Program-made: the position numbers and the translations under genes
The notes under the pieces: generated by a model
What the model was told of the DNA's origin: nothing
Seen by the model: only the letters and a program-made list of their open reading frames with translations
The model's database searches: none
Assembly (NCBI GenBank): GCA_001929475.1
Contig: LXFE01002699.1
Coordinates: forward strand, 1-32,492
Length of the DNA: 32,492 nucleotides
Source of the DNA: Neolecta irregularis DAH-3
Taxonomy: Eukaryota
Direction: 5' to 3'
Shown here: one piece after another, positions 12,961-26,124 of the stretch
Numbering within the stretch: position 1 is the stretch's first letter
Layout of the letters: each line of letters starts with the position of its first letter

Positions 12961-13654
12961 ATGTTATCAAGAACTATCCATTTTCTCGGAAACATTTCCG
13001 TTTGTTCTTCGATAAAAGCTACACAAAGAACCGTGCACACAGCTTCATCGCGTCGCAAGTTCCTTGATCTTTCATTTCTCAAATACTTTCAAAGGCACAA
13101 AGAATCAATAAGGGCTAATAAAACTCCCGAGCCGCCAACAGAACTAACTCAGAGAGAGCCAGATAAGATAGAGAAGTCTAAGAAGGGACAATATGAGGTG
13201 GTTGGAGGGGGCCGAAGGAATAATCTCGCTCCATTGGAAATATCATCGTGTGCCTCCACAAGTCGAGCTCAAATCTAATTTAACGTAGATGGATGAACTC
13301 CAGTCCGATTACAACGACACCTGAGATTGTGGAAGTATTGGAGTTAATAGTGCGGCAGAACAACCCTGAAGCAACGGACTGGCAGACGGTCTCATTGGAT
13401 GACTTTAGTATGAAATTCAAGGTAGTCATTCAGTGTTGTAATAATTCTCATTTCAGGTTGCAGTCCAAGCATCCGAACAAATTGGCCGTCGGATTCCTGA
13501 TCAAGTGTTAACACGCGTGAAAGATGTCAAGGCATTGATTAAGTTTTACACCACGCCAGAGAAAAAGAAAAGCCGGTATCTGGTAATTGACGAAGCCATA
13601 CTTGATGGAACTAATATTCGCGTGGTGGAAAACCGGCGTAAAGCAAGAATATAA
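12961..13654 (+). CDS. Mitochondrial ribosomal protein mL50-like; 2 introns
   Basis: Presequence-like MLSRTIHFLG... The spliced C-terminal domain WQTVSLDDFSMKFK|VAVQASEQIGRRIPDQVLTRVKDVKALIKFY fits Ribosomal_L50. Stop TAA at 13652-13654. Confidence 0.75.
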
Positions 13655-13761
13655 TATAGATTATCATGCTAAAATATTTGTCGTCTCGGGACGCATAGGA
13701 CATGTTCTAGTGGGACCATTTCTCGACACAAATATATCAGGCATGAGCACCAGTCAATCCA

Positions 13762-15013
<1,252 letters not shown>

Positions 15014-15090
15014 CTAGATACATAAGCTCAAACTTATTAGTGGAAATCACTGGAGACATTGAGGCGTATGTTTTGAGGGTGAAGTTCTGG

Positions 15091-15099
15091 ATGAGTCAT
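15091..15099 (-). promoter_or_regulatory. Perfect ATGACTCAT Gcn4/AP-1 site 77 bp upstream of the DAHP synthase ATG
   Basis: Plus-strand ATGAGTCAT is the optimal Gcn4 consensus, and it lies before a classic general-control target. Confidence 0.6.
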
Positions 15100-16195
15100 A
15101 ATAATTTATAGACAACTGCTGATAACGCCGGCGATATTTGGGCCTTGAGACCGACCCAGATTACGATGACATCTGTGTCTCTTAGAGATTCGAAGATTTT
15201 GGGAGACCGCTATATCGACAAAACTATCTAGCAGAACAGTACGCGGAAGACTGAAAAGTATAATGATAATGATAATGATAGCGCATTGCAAATGGCGGAG
15301 AAGCAAAGATAAATCGGAGGAATTAAGGAACACACAAGAGATCTTTACATAAAAAAGCCTTATCCTAGCTATGAACACAGCTTCTACTACTCACAATCCA
15401 TAGGCCCTGCGTCATCTGGTTCCGCCATTTGACTGTGGCTACTATTCGCTCGAGACAGACTAGAGCAATGTGTTCCTTTGATATCAGTGGTTTGACGGCA
15501 ACACAATCAGAGTTAGCCAAATAGAAAAAAAAAGATCAAAGCAAATCCAAACTGTAAGTGTTGAGCGAGTTCGAATAAGATCAGGTTTTATTATACTAGC
15601 CTAAGTGACTGAACTTCCGCGGACATACCTAGCCGAAGTGAGTGAACTTAGCAAGGTAATGTCTACTTTATATATACAAATTAAAATGCCGCAATGTTAT
15701 TGCAAGCCTTCCTTCCGTAGCGGTAAGCTCTACCCGAGGGTATATGCATACACAAACCAAATGAATCAGAGAGAAAAATAACTTGATTCTACCATCTATA
15801 TCTATATTTTGATGATATATTCCATTTTTGACCACTTGACTACGAGAGAGAGTCCCAACATCATGTCTCTATTACAGCATAACCAGATGTTATCCAATGA
15901 ATTCACTTCAGAATCTCTTGCTTGAATTCAAAAAGTGGTAGCTGTGCTGGATCCTGGGGCCAGGCCGGGCGATTGTTGCGGATGGACCGCGCCACTGGCT
16001 TGGGCTTAGCGCCCATTTGCTTAAATAGGCAGTGTGTTCATGGCAGTTGCCTAACCAACGTGCCTGCCTGCCAACTTGCCAATTCAGGCCCATCCGTGGG
16101 TATGCAGAGCAATCTTTTGCTCAATTTTAATAGCAGACCGGCGTTTCGTGTATTCTTTTTATAACCAATTTTGCATTAATCTAACGAACTTCGTA

Positions 16196-16374
16196 CAGTC
16201 AAACCTGGCTATGGGAGCCTCTGTCTAACGAATTAGCAGTTATAACGAATCCAACTCTCTGCCAAAAATGGTTTAAATTTGTTAAATCCCATACAAATTA
16301 ATTTTGGCAGAGAGTTGGATTCGTTATAGGGGGGAATTCGTTATACGGAGCTTCCCTGTAGCCAGGTTTGATTG
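16196..16374. mobile_element. MITE (179 bp), Tc1/mariner-pogo type, TA target duplication
   Basis: TA|CAGTCAAACCTGGCTA ... TAGCCAGGTTTGATTG|TA (15/16 match). Also a perfect internal 27-bp inverted repeat at 16241-16267 / 16302-16328. Confidence 0.88.
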
Positions 16375-16581
16375 TAGTAGGTTCAAGAATATTACGCCGA
16401 AAAACAAGGGTCGCGATATCATGTGCCGATTTAACCAATATACTCGATTACAGAGGCATTTACCAAAGTATTCCAAGTATTCCAAGAGATTAATTATACT
16501 GGAGCCAAATCAATAACTGTCCTTGATGGATCGGCGAGTCTCATACAGCCACCTGTTCCACCGCCTCAAAATTTCTTTTAC

Positions 16582-18033
16582 ATGTTCCTAATGCCAAATC
16601 TTAGTCTCAAATCACGCTTTGCATCGCTGTTCTCCACCAGAGACAGCCCTGGATACACCATGGTTGAACAGGAATCCACCGCACATTCGACTATTGGATC
16701 TCCTCATGTACAAAAGGAGCTGACTTCAGTGCAGAATGCCCTGGCATATATTTCCTTTATGCTAGTTGGCATGTCTCATATCGAGTGAAAAATTGCATTA
16801 ATGGGTATAGGAGTCGCTATGCTGTGGCCCTGGAATTGCTTTATCGCTGCAGTGAATTTTTGGAACTCAAAGGGGTTGAATACCTTAGGAAGCTGGATAA
16901 GTGCGTCTTTTACTACCGCGAATTTACTCAGCATCTTTCTGCTCACAAAGTTTCAAGTGAAAGTATTTTCCCATTCTAAAGCCCGTTGATGCAATAGGGT
17001 AATTTGGCATTACGGTCGTCAATTGCACTTGGATTCAATATCGTTTTATTCTTCGTAATCGCAGGCAGTACTTTCACTAATTTTTCCGCAAATGCGTACT
17101 TTGGGTTTATTATATTTATGTGCATCTTGAGTGCATGTTCAACTGGATTAATGCAAAACGGGGCATTTGGATTTTGTGGGCTATTTCCCACAATTCACGC
17201 TCAAGCTATCATGACGTATGTTTCACGCTATTTTCTAAGGGCTGATGGAGTTTAGGGGACAAGGCATTGCAGGAATACTACCATCAGTTGTTCAAATCAT
17301 CCTTTTGACAACATCAAAATCGAAACACGACGCCAAAAACCATCTCGAGGAAGCATCGGCAAGAATTGCCTTCGCTTATTTCCTAACAGCATCTGCGATA
17401 TCACTGTTAGCATTCTTTGCAAATGCCCTTTTGATCAGAATCTCAAAGGACCTGCCTCCCCATCCGTTTATAACTACTACTTCGGACTCAACATCCTTTC
17501 ATCGTCTTTGGAAACTATTCAAACAACTTCTTCCGCTATCGATCAGCGTTGTCGCTGTGTTTCTTGTCACACTGTCTATTTTTCCCGGAATTACATCATC
17601 AGTGACGCCTGTATCTTCCCGACCACTTCGAAAAGATATCTTCATTTCTCTCGGATTCTTAGTATGGAATGCATCCGATCTACTTGGCCGAACAGTAGCT
17701 GGGTTGAAGCCCGTTTCGAAGGCACTGGTTCCTCATCCTCGCTATATCTCTATACTCACCTGGTCTCGAGTTATATTCATCCCGCTCTTCATTTTGTGTA
17801 ACATTTACGATAAAGGTTCAGTTATTAAAAGCGATGTATTTTTCTTTTTCTTGCTCACGTTGAATGGTCTTTCGAATGGGTTATTGGGTAGTCTTTGCAT
17901 CATGTCTGCTCTTGAAATGAGCAATAATCGGCAAGACGCGGGTGGGTTTATGAGCTTGATGCTTTGTCTTGGACTGGCTTTAGGTAGTTGTGTTAGTTTT
18001 GCGGTTGTTGCGGTTGCCAAAAGCATAAGGTGA
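16582..18033 (+). CDS. FUN26: Equilibrative nucleoside transporter (Fun26/ENT family); multi-exon
   Basis: GVAMLWPWNCFI, QAIM..GQGIAGILPS, FLVTLSIFPGIT, WNASDLLGR, GLSNGLLGSLCIM, GGFMSLMLCLGLALGS. Confidence 0.92.
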
Positions 18034-18397
18034 CATACTCCTCTTGTTCTGGGTTGTCAACCCTGGCGATTTAATTGGTTTGGCGTTATGGTTCGGATCA
18101 TGTCAGAAGTATAGATAGATATGTCATAGGTCAATTAATTTTCAGATCAACCTTTTTACCACAGTTTTATGTGAGAAGTGAAAATCTCTCTAATTGGCCC
18201 AACATATTTTCTCTTGTCATAGGGAGTTGACGAGTAAGTGTTCATCTAATTCATTTTGACATGGATGGAATGAGATTTTCCCCTAAATTTGTGTGTAAAC
18301 CTTTGGTATCTTCCCAAGGGTTTTCCACTATAGCATTTCACAATTAAAAATTTTTATAGTTTCCAATATAGGGAATAGAAACCTCTTACCCTATTTT

Positions 18398-20269
18398 ATG
18401 TATGCGCAAGCATCTCAAGTACCGTCCACATTGAAGCCGGGACTGGCCAAGAAACTTCACAGCCCCACCATGCTCAAAGATTCTGACCAGTCGCAATCTG
18501 AAAAACATCGCCATCGTTCTCTACCTTCACATCAAGAGAAACATCGAAACAGAGACGATAACTCAAATCGCAGAAAACGCCCACGTTCAAGGTCGACAGA
18601 ATATATACCTTCGAGAGAACGATCTCCTCTGATCGAAGAAGTTAGATATGCAACGCAAGAAGGCTAACATCTAGGATCATGCTGAAGGCATCGATTTGAA
18701 ATCTGAGGTACAACGAGATGCTTGGATGACTGCATCCCTCAATTTCGAAATTTCCCGAGCTCGTCAAGGATCTAGCTCTATCCCGACAACGGAACGAGAA
18801 TATCAGATGTCGACAGAACTTCCATCTACAACTCCCGCTCCAGCGGCTTCTGAGAATTCCTATGAGATTGGAGATGGTGGTTCAGATTGGCGAATGCGAA
18901 AATTGCACCGAATTTATGAAACTGCATTAGACAAAGATATTTCTGTCGAGCAAGTGGCGATCGATCATTACGGATCACTCAGGTTATTTGACGAAGCTAG
19001 AGAAGAACGCGAAGAACTAGGCCGAAGGAAGACTTGCGGTATCTCGAAGACTAGAGTTACAGGTTGTTTATACGATAAACGACTTGAGAAAGAAGGGACA
19101 AAGGTACCTGAGGTGAAAGAAGAGATTGAAAAGATTGACCAATCAACGTTGAACCGTCTTCAAGCGAATATTTTAAAGGCGAAACTCAAGGGTCTCGATG
19201 TGTCCAACTTGGAGAGGGAATATGAAGGCGTAGAACAGAAATATCGACGACAATTGAATCCAGACGTTATACTTAGACTTGAAGATACAAGACGAATGCA
19301 CGGGACCTGGGGCAATGACATGACAATTGAGGAAATGGTACGTGAGGAAATATTGACGAGAAATCAAATTCGTGGAGGCGAGGGGCGGCTGCTTGCAGAT
19401 AGAATCGCAAAGGATGGCAAGTTCACTGATAGTCTCGATTATTTGGAAGAAAATGCAGACAGTCTTGCAGCTAGAGTAAAGAAAGACATCGATCTGAAAA
19501 ACCAATCTGTTGCTGGTGTCTCTTACATCTGACCTCAAGTATTGACAAGATAGAGTACAAAAAGCAACATCGAATCGTCGAAAACTGTCCCCTCTGCCAC
19601 CATGACTCGGATGCGCCGCTGGCACCAATTGTTTCTCTGGGATCTCGGACATACCTTTCACTACCAACCCTGCCATCTCTTGGTCCTGGACATGTTCTGA
19701 TTGTGCCGTTGCAACATCATGTCAACACTTTGCAATGTGACGAGGACGAATGGGCCGAGATACGCAATTTCCAAAAATGTCTAATTAAATGGGCTGAGAG
19801 TCGAGGGAAGAAGATGATCTTTTACGAGCTATATATGAATCCCGAACGTCATAGGCATGCTGTCATTGAATGTATCTCGTTACCTCCCCAAACTGCCGAT
19901 CTGGCACCAGCATACTTCAAGGAAGCAATTCTTGGGGCAGATGAAGAATGGAGTCAGCATAACAAACTGATCGATACATCTCATCTTGGGAAGATGGGGT
20001 TTCGGAGAAAGATGGTTGAATATTTGCCTTTTTTCCACGTCTGGTTTGGAATTAACGAGGGGTTAGGGCATGTCATTGAAGATGGCAAGAAGTGGAGCGA
20101 AGCTGGATCATGGGATCTGGGCCGGGAGGTTTGTTGTGGGTTGCTTAGATTGGGGATGGAAGTCTCTAGGGCAAAGGGTCGATGGTCTGGCGATGATCAT
20201 GAAAGGGTTGCGAAGTTTAGGCAATCTTGGAGCAAGTGGGATTGGACGAAAATGCTGGAACAGAGTTGA
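18398..20269 (+). CDS. cwf19: Cwf19 (CWF19L2-like) pre-mRNA splicing factor with CwfJ domains; 2 introns
   Basis: RDAWM, GDGGSDWRMRKL, DMTIEEMVREE, IAKDGKF, spliced ENCPLCH, DEDEWAEIRNF, ADEEWSQH, LPFFHVWF, KWDWTKML. Start is 18398 or 18470. Confidence 0.92.
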
Positions 20270-20820
20270 TGGATGACTGGGCGTACGTGATATACCAATT
20301 TGTCGATCTCTGCGCAATTACCACAACCATTGCGATCACAAATCACAAATCACACTCGCAAGATTGAGTACAAGTCATCATACAAAACGATATCCGGTTA
20401 TCGATAAGGTATCGCTTGCCCACCACTTCATTGCTTAGAATGTGGCTCACCGTTAATATATTAGAGCAAAATTACTATTCAAATTCGTCGTAAAAACCTC
20501 GAACTATGATCCAACTGATAATAAGGCTAGATCCATTGATCGAACGATTTCATTAATACTAACCCGCTTCCACTGGTAATGAGCTACTAGGAAATCCATA
20601 TAAGGAAGGAGATATTCTCTATCTTTCCCTACATATCCATTCGATCTGTTTGGTATGCCCCAAATCGCAGTTATGAAAATCTTCACCATGTTTGCGACTA
20701 TGCGTTCTATATTCGTTGTATCTAGCCTGATTCGTAGCCGTAAGGTGCTGTAGCTGCTAATACCTTTGCCAATACCTCAGAAAGCACCCTTATTTATTAT
20801 ATAACATCACTGAATCAACC

Positions 20821-23754
20821 TCAAATAAGTTTAACATTCTCATATAATGCCCGTCGAGTTTGTATAATCGCTGCCAGTTCCTTGATGAATTCCTAGAAGG
20901 TTGGAATGTATATCATGGAGAAATATACTTGAAAAATCACTATATTATTCAAAAGATGAGAGATGGTAATATCTTTTCCTGCACTCTCATCGCCCGACCC
21001 AGAAACAGAAATTTCAGAAAGTGTAGGTGAAGCCATGAAAATATCTTCAGGGTTCCGCTTAAGAGCCAGGTTCAATAAAGACATATCAATAGCTAAATTT
21101 GTTGGTCGAAGAACTCGAATCCTCTGACTTGTCCGAGTCAAATGGGCATCTATCGGTGAATTTTCTGTTGATAGAATTGAATTCTGTGTTATTGGAGTCG
21201 TTGTTCCTTGATGAGGAGTCCTTTGAACGGGTGTAGGTGTTGATGAATCGATCGATGATTTTCTCATTGGAGAGGAAAACCCTCGGATGGCTGTGACAAA
21301 ATAACTTGTTGGCATTCTTTTGAACAGGGTGGAAGAGCGTTTAGAAAGCGCCTGTCTCTCAAGGTTTGGAGCTTCGCTGTTTTCATACTCGAGAAACGCT
21401 CTTCGTCGCTCTTCCAATAGCTTGGGTAATTCATCAATCTAAGATTGAGTCAGATACGAGCATTCTATCATTACCTCGCCTTGATACTGCTGGATCCGAG
21501 CAGAAAGAGCCCTAAATGAAGCAAGGAACGGCGGTAATTTCCTCCACACAGGAGTTTGTCTTGATCTCTTCACTGCAGGGCTTGAAACAATCCCATAATC
21601 AGATGATCCAGAGTCACTCAAAGAATCATTCAATCGAGTATCATTAACATCGGAAGCGAACTCGCCGTTGTCCTCTCCAGATTCAAGCCACGATGCGTCA
21701 GTCCCAAACAGCAACCAACCATCAAGCGTCCGATATTTGCACGAGGCGAGGTCAACCAAAATGCGTGTAAGTATGAGATTGACATCAACCGCATTTTCAA
21801 GGAATGTCGAGAACAGTCTTAACAGACCTTTGAGAAATGGTGAATCTGATTTGATGGAATGATATGTTGCTAGACTCTTTGAAATCTCAATTCTCTTCTT
21901 GCCATCTGAAAAGTCGTCTGGCTCAATATGACAAGGATGTATTTCAAGAGTTAGAAGACTATCTCTGAGATAACTCGCATAACTTTGACTGGATGTTTGA
22001 TCGGACATATCTGTCAAAGCCAGTAAAAGCTCCATTTCTTTCATATGTCGCCTAGAGAGGTCAACAGAGCCTCTAAATCAGGGCAAACCCGATTGTAGCA
22101 GATTCATGCGTCATTTTATCGGGGATTCGAACAATGCGAAGGAGTCTGGAATATACTAAAGAGCAATTTTTACGTAGAAGCGTTGACACTAATTTCAACG
22201 TTGCTGCAACACTTTGCGGGGACTTTGAATCGAGATTGGCAATAATAACGTCTGCAAGTGAGAATAATGATGGTGCCATATTTTCAAAGTCATTCAAGTC
22301 TTCTCCGTTCTCGATCATCGATAAAAGATCGTTCGTAGCACGTCGTGCATGTGACTTATGTGTGGTCGTGCTCGAGGGTCCAAGCTGTTCCCCAAACAAA
22401 TAATTGATAATGACCTCGACGATTTCGGGGTGCTGTAGATTTTCTAACAATGCGCGAACATATGTCAATACTGCAACCGCAGAAGGGGCTTCCAAGTCCA
22501 AGCTGTCGACGAGTGAAGGATAGAGTACCTGGGCCAGGAAGAATTGCTCGAAACGTATTAATAAGGATTTTCGTATGATTTCTGATTGACAGTTACTAAG
22601 GATATCCTGCCAAAACGCAAGATATGTCAGAAACTCGCCGAGGTGAAGTAAGAAGTCCGGACTTTCCGATGACTTGATCTCGGAATCTCGAGGCTCCTTT
22701 TTAGCTCTCTCTGGAGTTAGTAGCTCCGCAGTTTGATTTCTATTAGAGTAATCGATAGTAAGTTTACTGAGTTGTGAGTGAAAGTATATTAAAATCGTAC
22801 CTGCTGAGTTGACTATAAAGGGCACCCAACCCGCAGGACATTAAAATGCCCATATCACTGTCGTTAGCCAACCACAACTCAAGCGGTTCCCAGGTTATTG
22901 CAGCTTCAATGAGAAGCAGAAGACCCGTTCGAGCAAAACTCCCAACCTCTCCGTCAGCGCAAACTAAATCCAAAAGTAGATAAATAATGATGCAATCTTC
23001 CTAAACTTGAGCCGTAAGTTATTAATGGACATCGAGTACGTCTAAATGCTTCAACTTATTGATAGCACTGTTTCCTGACTTCAAAGAGGGTCTAGGCGAC
23101 ATATACCCAGATGGACTGCTGGAAATACCGGTTCTATATACCAGAGTTTCTTCGTCGAACCAAGTATGAAGAATCCTATATCTCAACATTGATCTGAGGA
23201 GTTTGATACCGTTTTTTAATCTTGAATTTATTCGCAATGCTGAAAAGCAATCTTGCCAGATCTTGCTGTAATAATTGCCGGTCACTTGACGATGCAACAA
23301 ATCTCAATAGCCCTTTGAAGCTTGCAATGACTGAAGGATCGTTCAACAATTCGTCGTCATCCATTTCTGTAATGATAGCAAAGCATTTCAGAATCTCTCG
23401 ACAGATATCGTTTGATGATTGTTGCGCAATTTGTGCGAGATTTGGGAATACGCTTTGTCGAATAGCAAAGTGCATGCACGGGTTATTAACCAGTTGTGAA
23501 TTGACGACCAAGGGACCGGTTGTTGAAGCAATTCGTTCTTCATCGATGAGAAGGTCTGTGAGCAACTGGACATGTCCTATGATTGGGATCTTGAATGCTA
23601 TATGGGAGAAGTCAGACGACTGCCATAACTCCAGAAGGTTTTCGAAGGTTTCTTTGAATTTATTGAAACGTTGATCTTTGGTATACGGGGTCGCTTTAGG
23701 ACGTTGATTTTTTCTTGGCCCAGCGATTTTCCTCAGAAATTCCATATCTTCCAA
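20821..23754 (-). CDS. FHIP/FAM160 (RAI16-like) FTS-Hook-interacting protein; multi-exon
   Basis: DGEVGSFARTGLLLL, SDMGILMSCGLGALYSQL, FLTYLAFWQDIL, FLAQVLYPSL, SYASYLRD, N..VNLILTRILVDLA and C-terminal ISHLLNNIVIFQ|EFIKELAAIIQTR are typical of fungal FHIP. Confidence 0.85.
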
Positions 23755-24451
23755 ATCACCATAGTTCTGTTGAGATTCTTTAAAGTGGAACTTGGGGGAT
23801 CAGGTAGGACCTCTCTATATTATCAGATGTGGAAGTTGATGTTTATGAATTGTAACGATCAACCTACACAAAATTACCAACGCAGACAAATCTGGCTTTT
23901 TTGGGTTCTAGATAGAGTTTTTTGATCTCAAGTTCTGACTGACAGCCGAAGACGATCGCGTCAATTGTTTCTCGGGAGATTTGTTTCATGTATTGGCTAT
24001 TACCATGTACTATATTGAATCCGCTCTCGTCAAGAGGATATAGATTCGGTTTCAGTAGCGTTGCATTGTGTGAAATGACAGTAAATTCGTTTACAAAATA
24101 GCGCTTTTCCCGATTCCTTTCAACGGCATGGGGTTATCTGTCACTGTGAAATGAAAGCACTGGCTACTCTCCATCGATTACTTGAATCCTTCAAAATAGT
24201 AAGGGACTAAAAAGATCGAGTGTTTAAAAACAAATATGGTAAAAGCACCATAGAAATGTCTGATATTTACAAGTGTGGGATTTAAGTATAGTTTTTGATA
24301 GTAGTATCTTTGTTTAAAGTCAAATTCTCCTTGCTCTGATTAACATCTATCCGATCTGTTGCATGTAGACACGTTTCAAGATGAATCACACTTACGTTGA
24401 AGCACGGTCAATCAACATCATATTTCTGACCCCTTCCAATATGCCATTATT

Positions 24452-25107
24452 ATGCCGGTGACTGGGTGTGATCTACATGTCCTTATCATATTGACAATTC
24501 AATAGACTGATTCTGCTGCCAGCGTCGACCAATCCGGCGTCGACGAATTCTCTTTCCGAAAAGCTAGAGGCGTACCATGGCGCTCGTCAAGTCGAGAAAT
24601 GGGTCGTGCAATACAAACTTTATCGGGAGACTCTGAATCCAAATTCTCCTAAAGTACTCCATCAACTGTTTCTGTCACAGTTCCCGAAGAGCATGTTCTG
24701 TCTAATTAATGATATTGTGGTGGAAATGGACCGCGATTTTGAGGGTTTATTGAAGAAACTAAATCTGTGGACACAGCGACAAGAACTTGTATCTGATGGC
24801 ACGACACTCGATATGGACGAATTCAAAGTCAGAATTGGGAGTCTAAGATCAACTACTACAATATTGGGTCAATTAATAGAAGTATGTTCCTTATCATATG
24901 TATACTGATCTCTTCAAGATTGAGTATTTACCGTGTAACAACAATTCAGCGCAACCGGTCATATCCGAATTTGCAAAGGATTATGTTTTCAATCTCACCG
25001 AAACTGAAGCCCCAATCGTCTTTTCGAAAAGCGAGACAGATGTAAATTCAGAGATTACACTCCTTGATATAGCATCTCAGTATATAGACCTATTAAAAAG
25101 GAAATAA
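24452..25107 (+). CDS. MED20: Mediator subunit Med20 (Srb2); 2 introns
   Basis: MPVTG|LILLP..., KWVVQYKLYRE, LLKKLNLWTQRQ, DEFKVRIG, LIE|IEYLP, DIASQYIDLL. Confidence 0.87.
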
Positions 25108-26124
25108 ATGGTGATTGCGCTCGAGTTAGTACGAGAATCTGGAGAACAACCTCAACGGTTATATGCTTCATATAAAATCGGGCTCAACTCTTCAATGTCA
25201 TGTTGGGTTTTTGCTTTTTTTCACTAGGCTATCTATATTCTCGAAAAGGCCAAGATTCTCTTTGCTCCAGGATTTCTGATTTCGGCCCGATATTTAGATG
25301 CCTCGCTCTTCATCGACAACCTCAACGACGAACTAGTCCAAATATATGTCATCTTTATCCAATTGTCAATAACGACAATATTTATAGTTCGATGATGAGA
25401 TATGTGGCACGAGACCCATTGACAAGTGCTGACTAGCTAAACGCCGTAGCTCCTTCAAATGTGTATATTGAACCAGAGTCTGAACGCCGAATATAAGACT
25501 TTGAGATATTTAGTCTCGTAATCATGAGCCGCGAATCGGGAGACTAAACTCCTAGGTTTATTGGAGATTCCCCTGATTGCGGTCTCTGACCTTTGTCCCA
25601 AACTGCTCTCCTACAACACAGATTGGCTTGATCGCGTTAAAATGTGTCTTCCTATTCCACTAGTCTGTATTGAATGCGGGACAGACAGAAATCCCTGCCA
25701 GTTCGCCATATCACTTGTATCGAGCTGACTTTTTCCCAGTCTTCGAATTGTCGCGCCTACTCTTGGGTTTGTCATCACTGTGGTTTCTGCGATCGTTTGC
25801 TGGCCGGCTGGATGCGTGACATATTGCTGTAATAAAGAAAAAGCGAATAAAATGTTTGGAGCGCCTATCGATATGTCGCGAAGAATTACGGAGCCGATAC
25901 CTTTCTAGAATTTTCAATAGAGCATTCTCTGGACAGACGAATAAATGTCAAGTATGTGCTTCATGTAATAGTATATTGCGAATCCACTCGGTCAATTATG
26001 ACTATTTACCAAGTCGGGTTATTAATCTCAAAAGTTGGGCGGCTTTCGTTTATCCAAATTTGATATTTTTTACCAATGTTTTATTATCCCATGCTTTCAT
26101 TACATATTACTATATTACCCACTG

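Noticed and set aside
23222-23674. Long antisense ORFs over FHIP (and similar ones over ILV3, CWF19, RCC1 and CYC3)
   Set aside because: Shadow frames of well-supported genes with no independent features.
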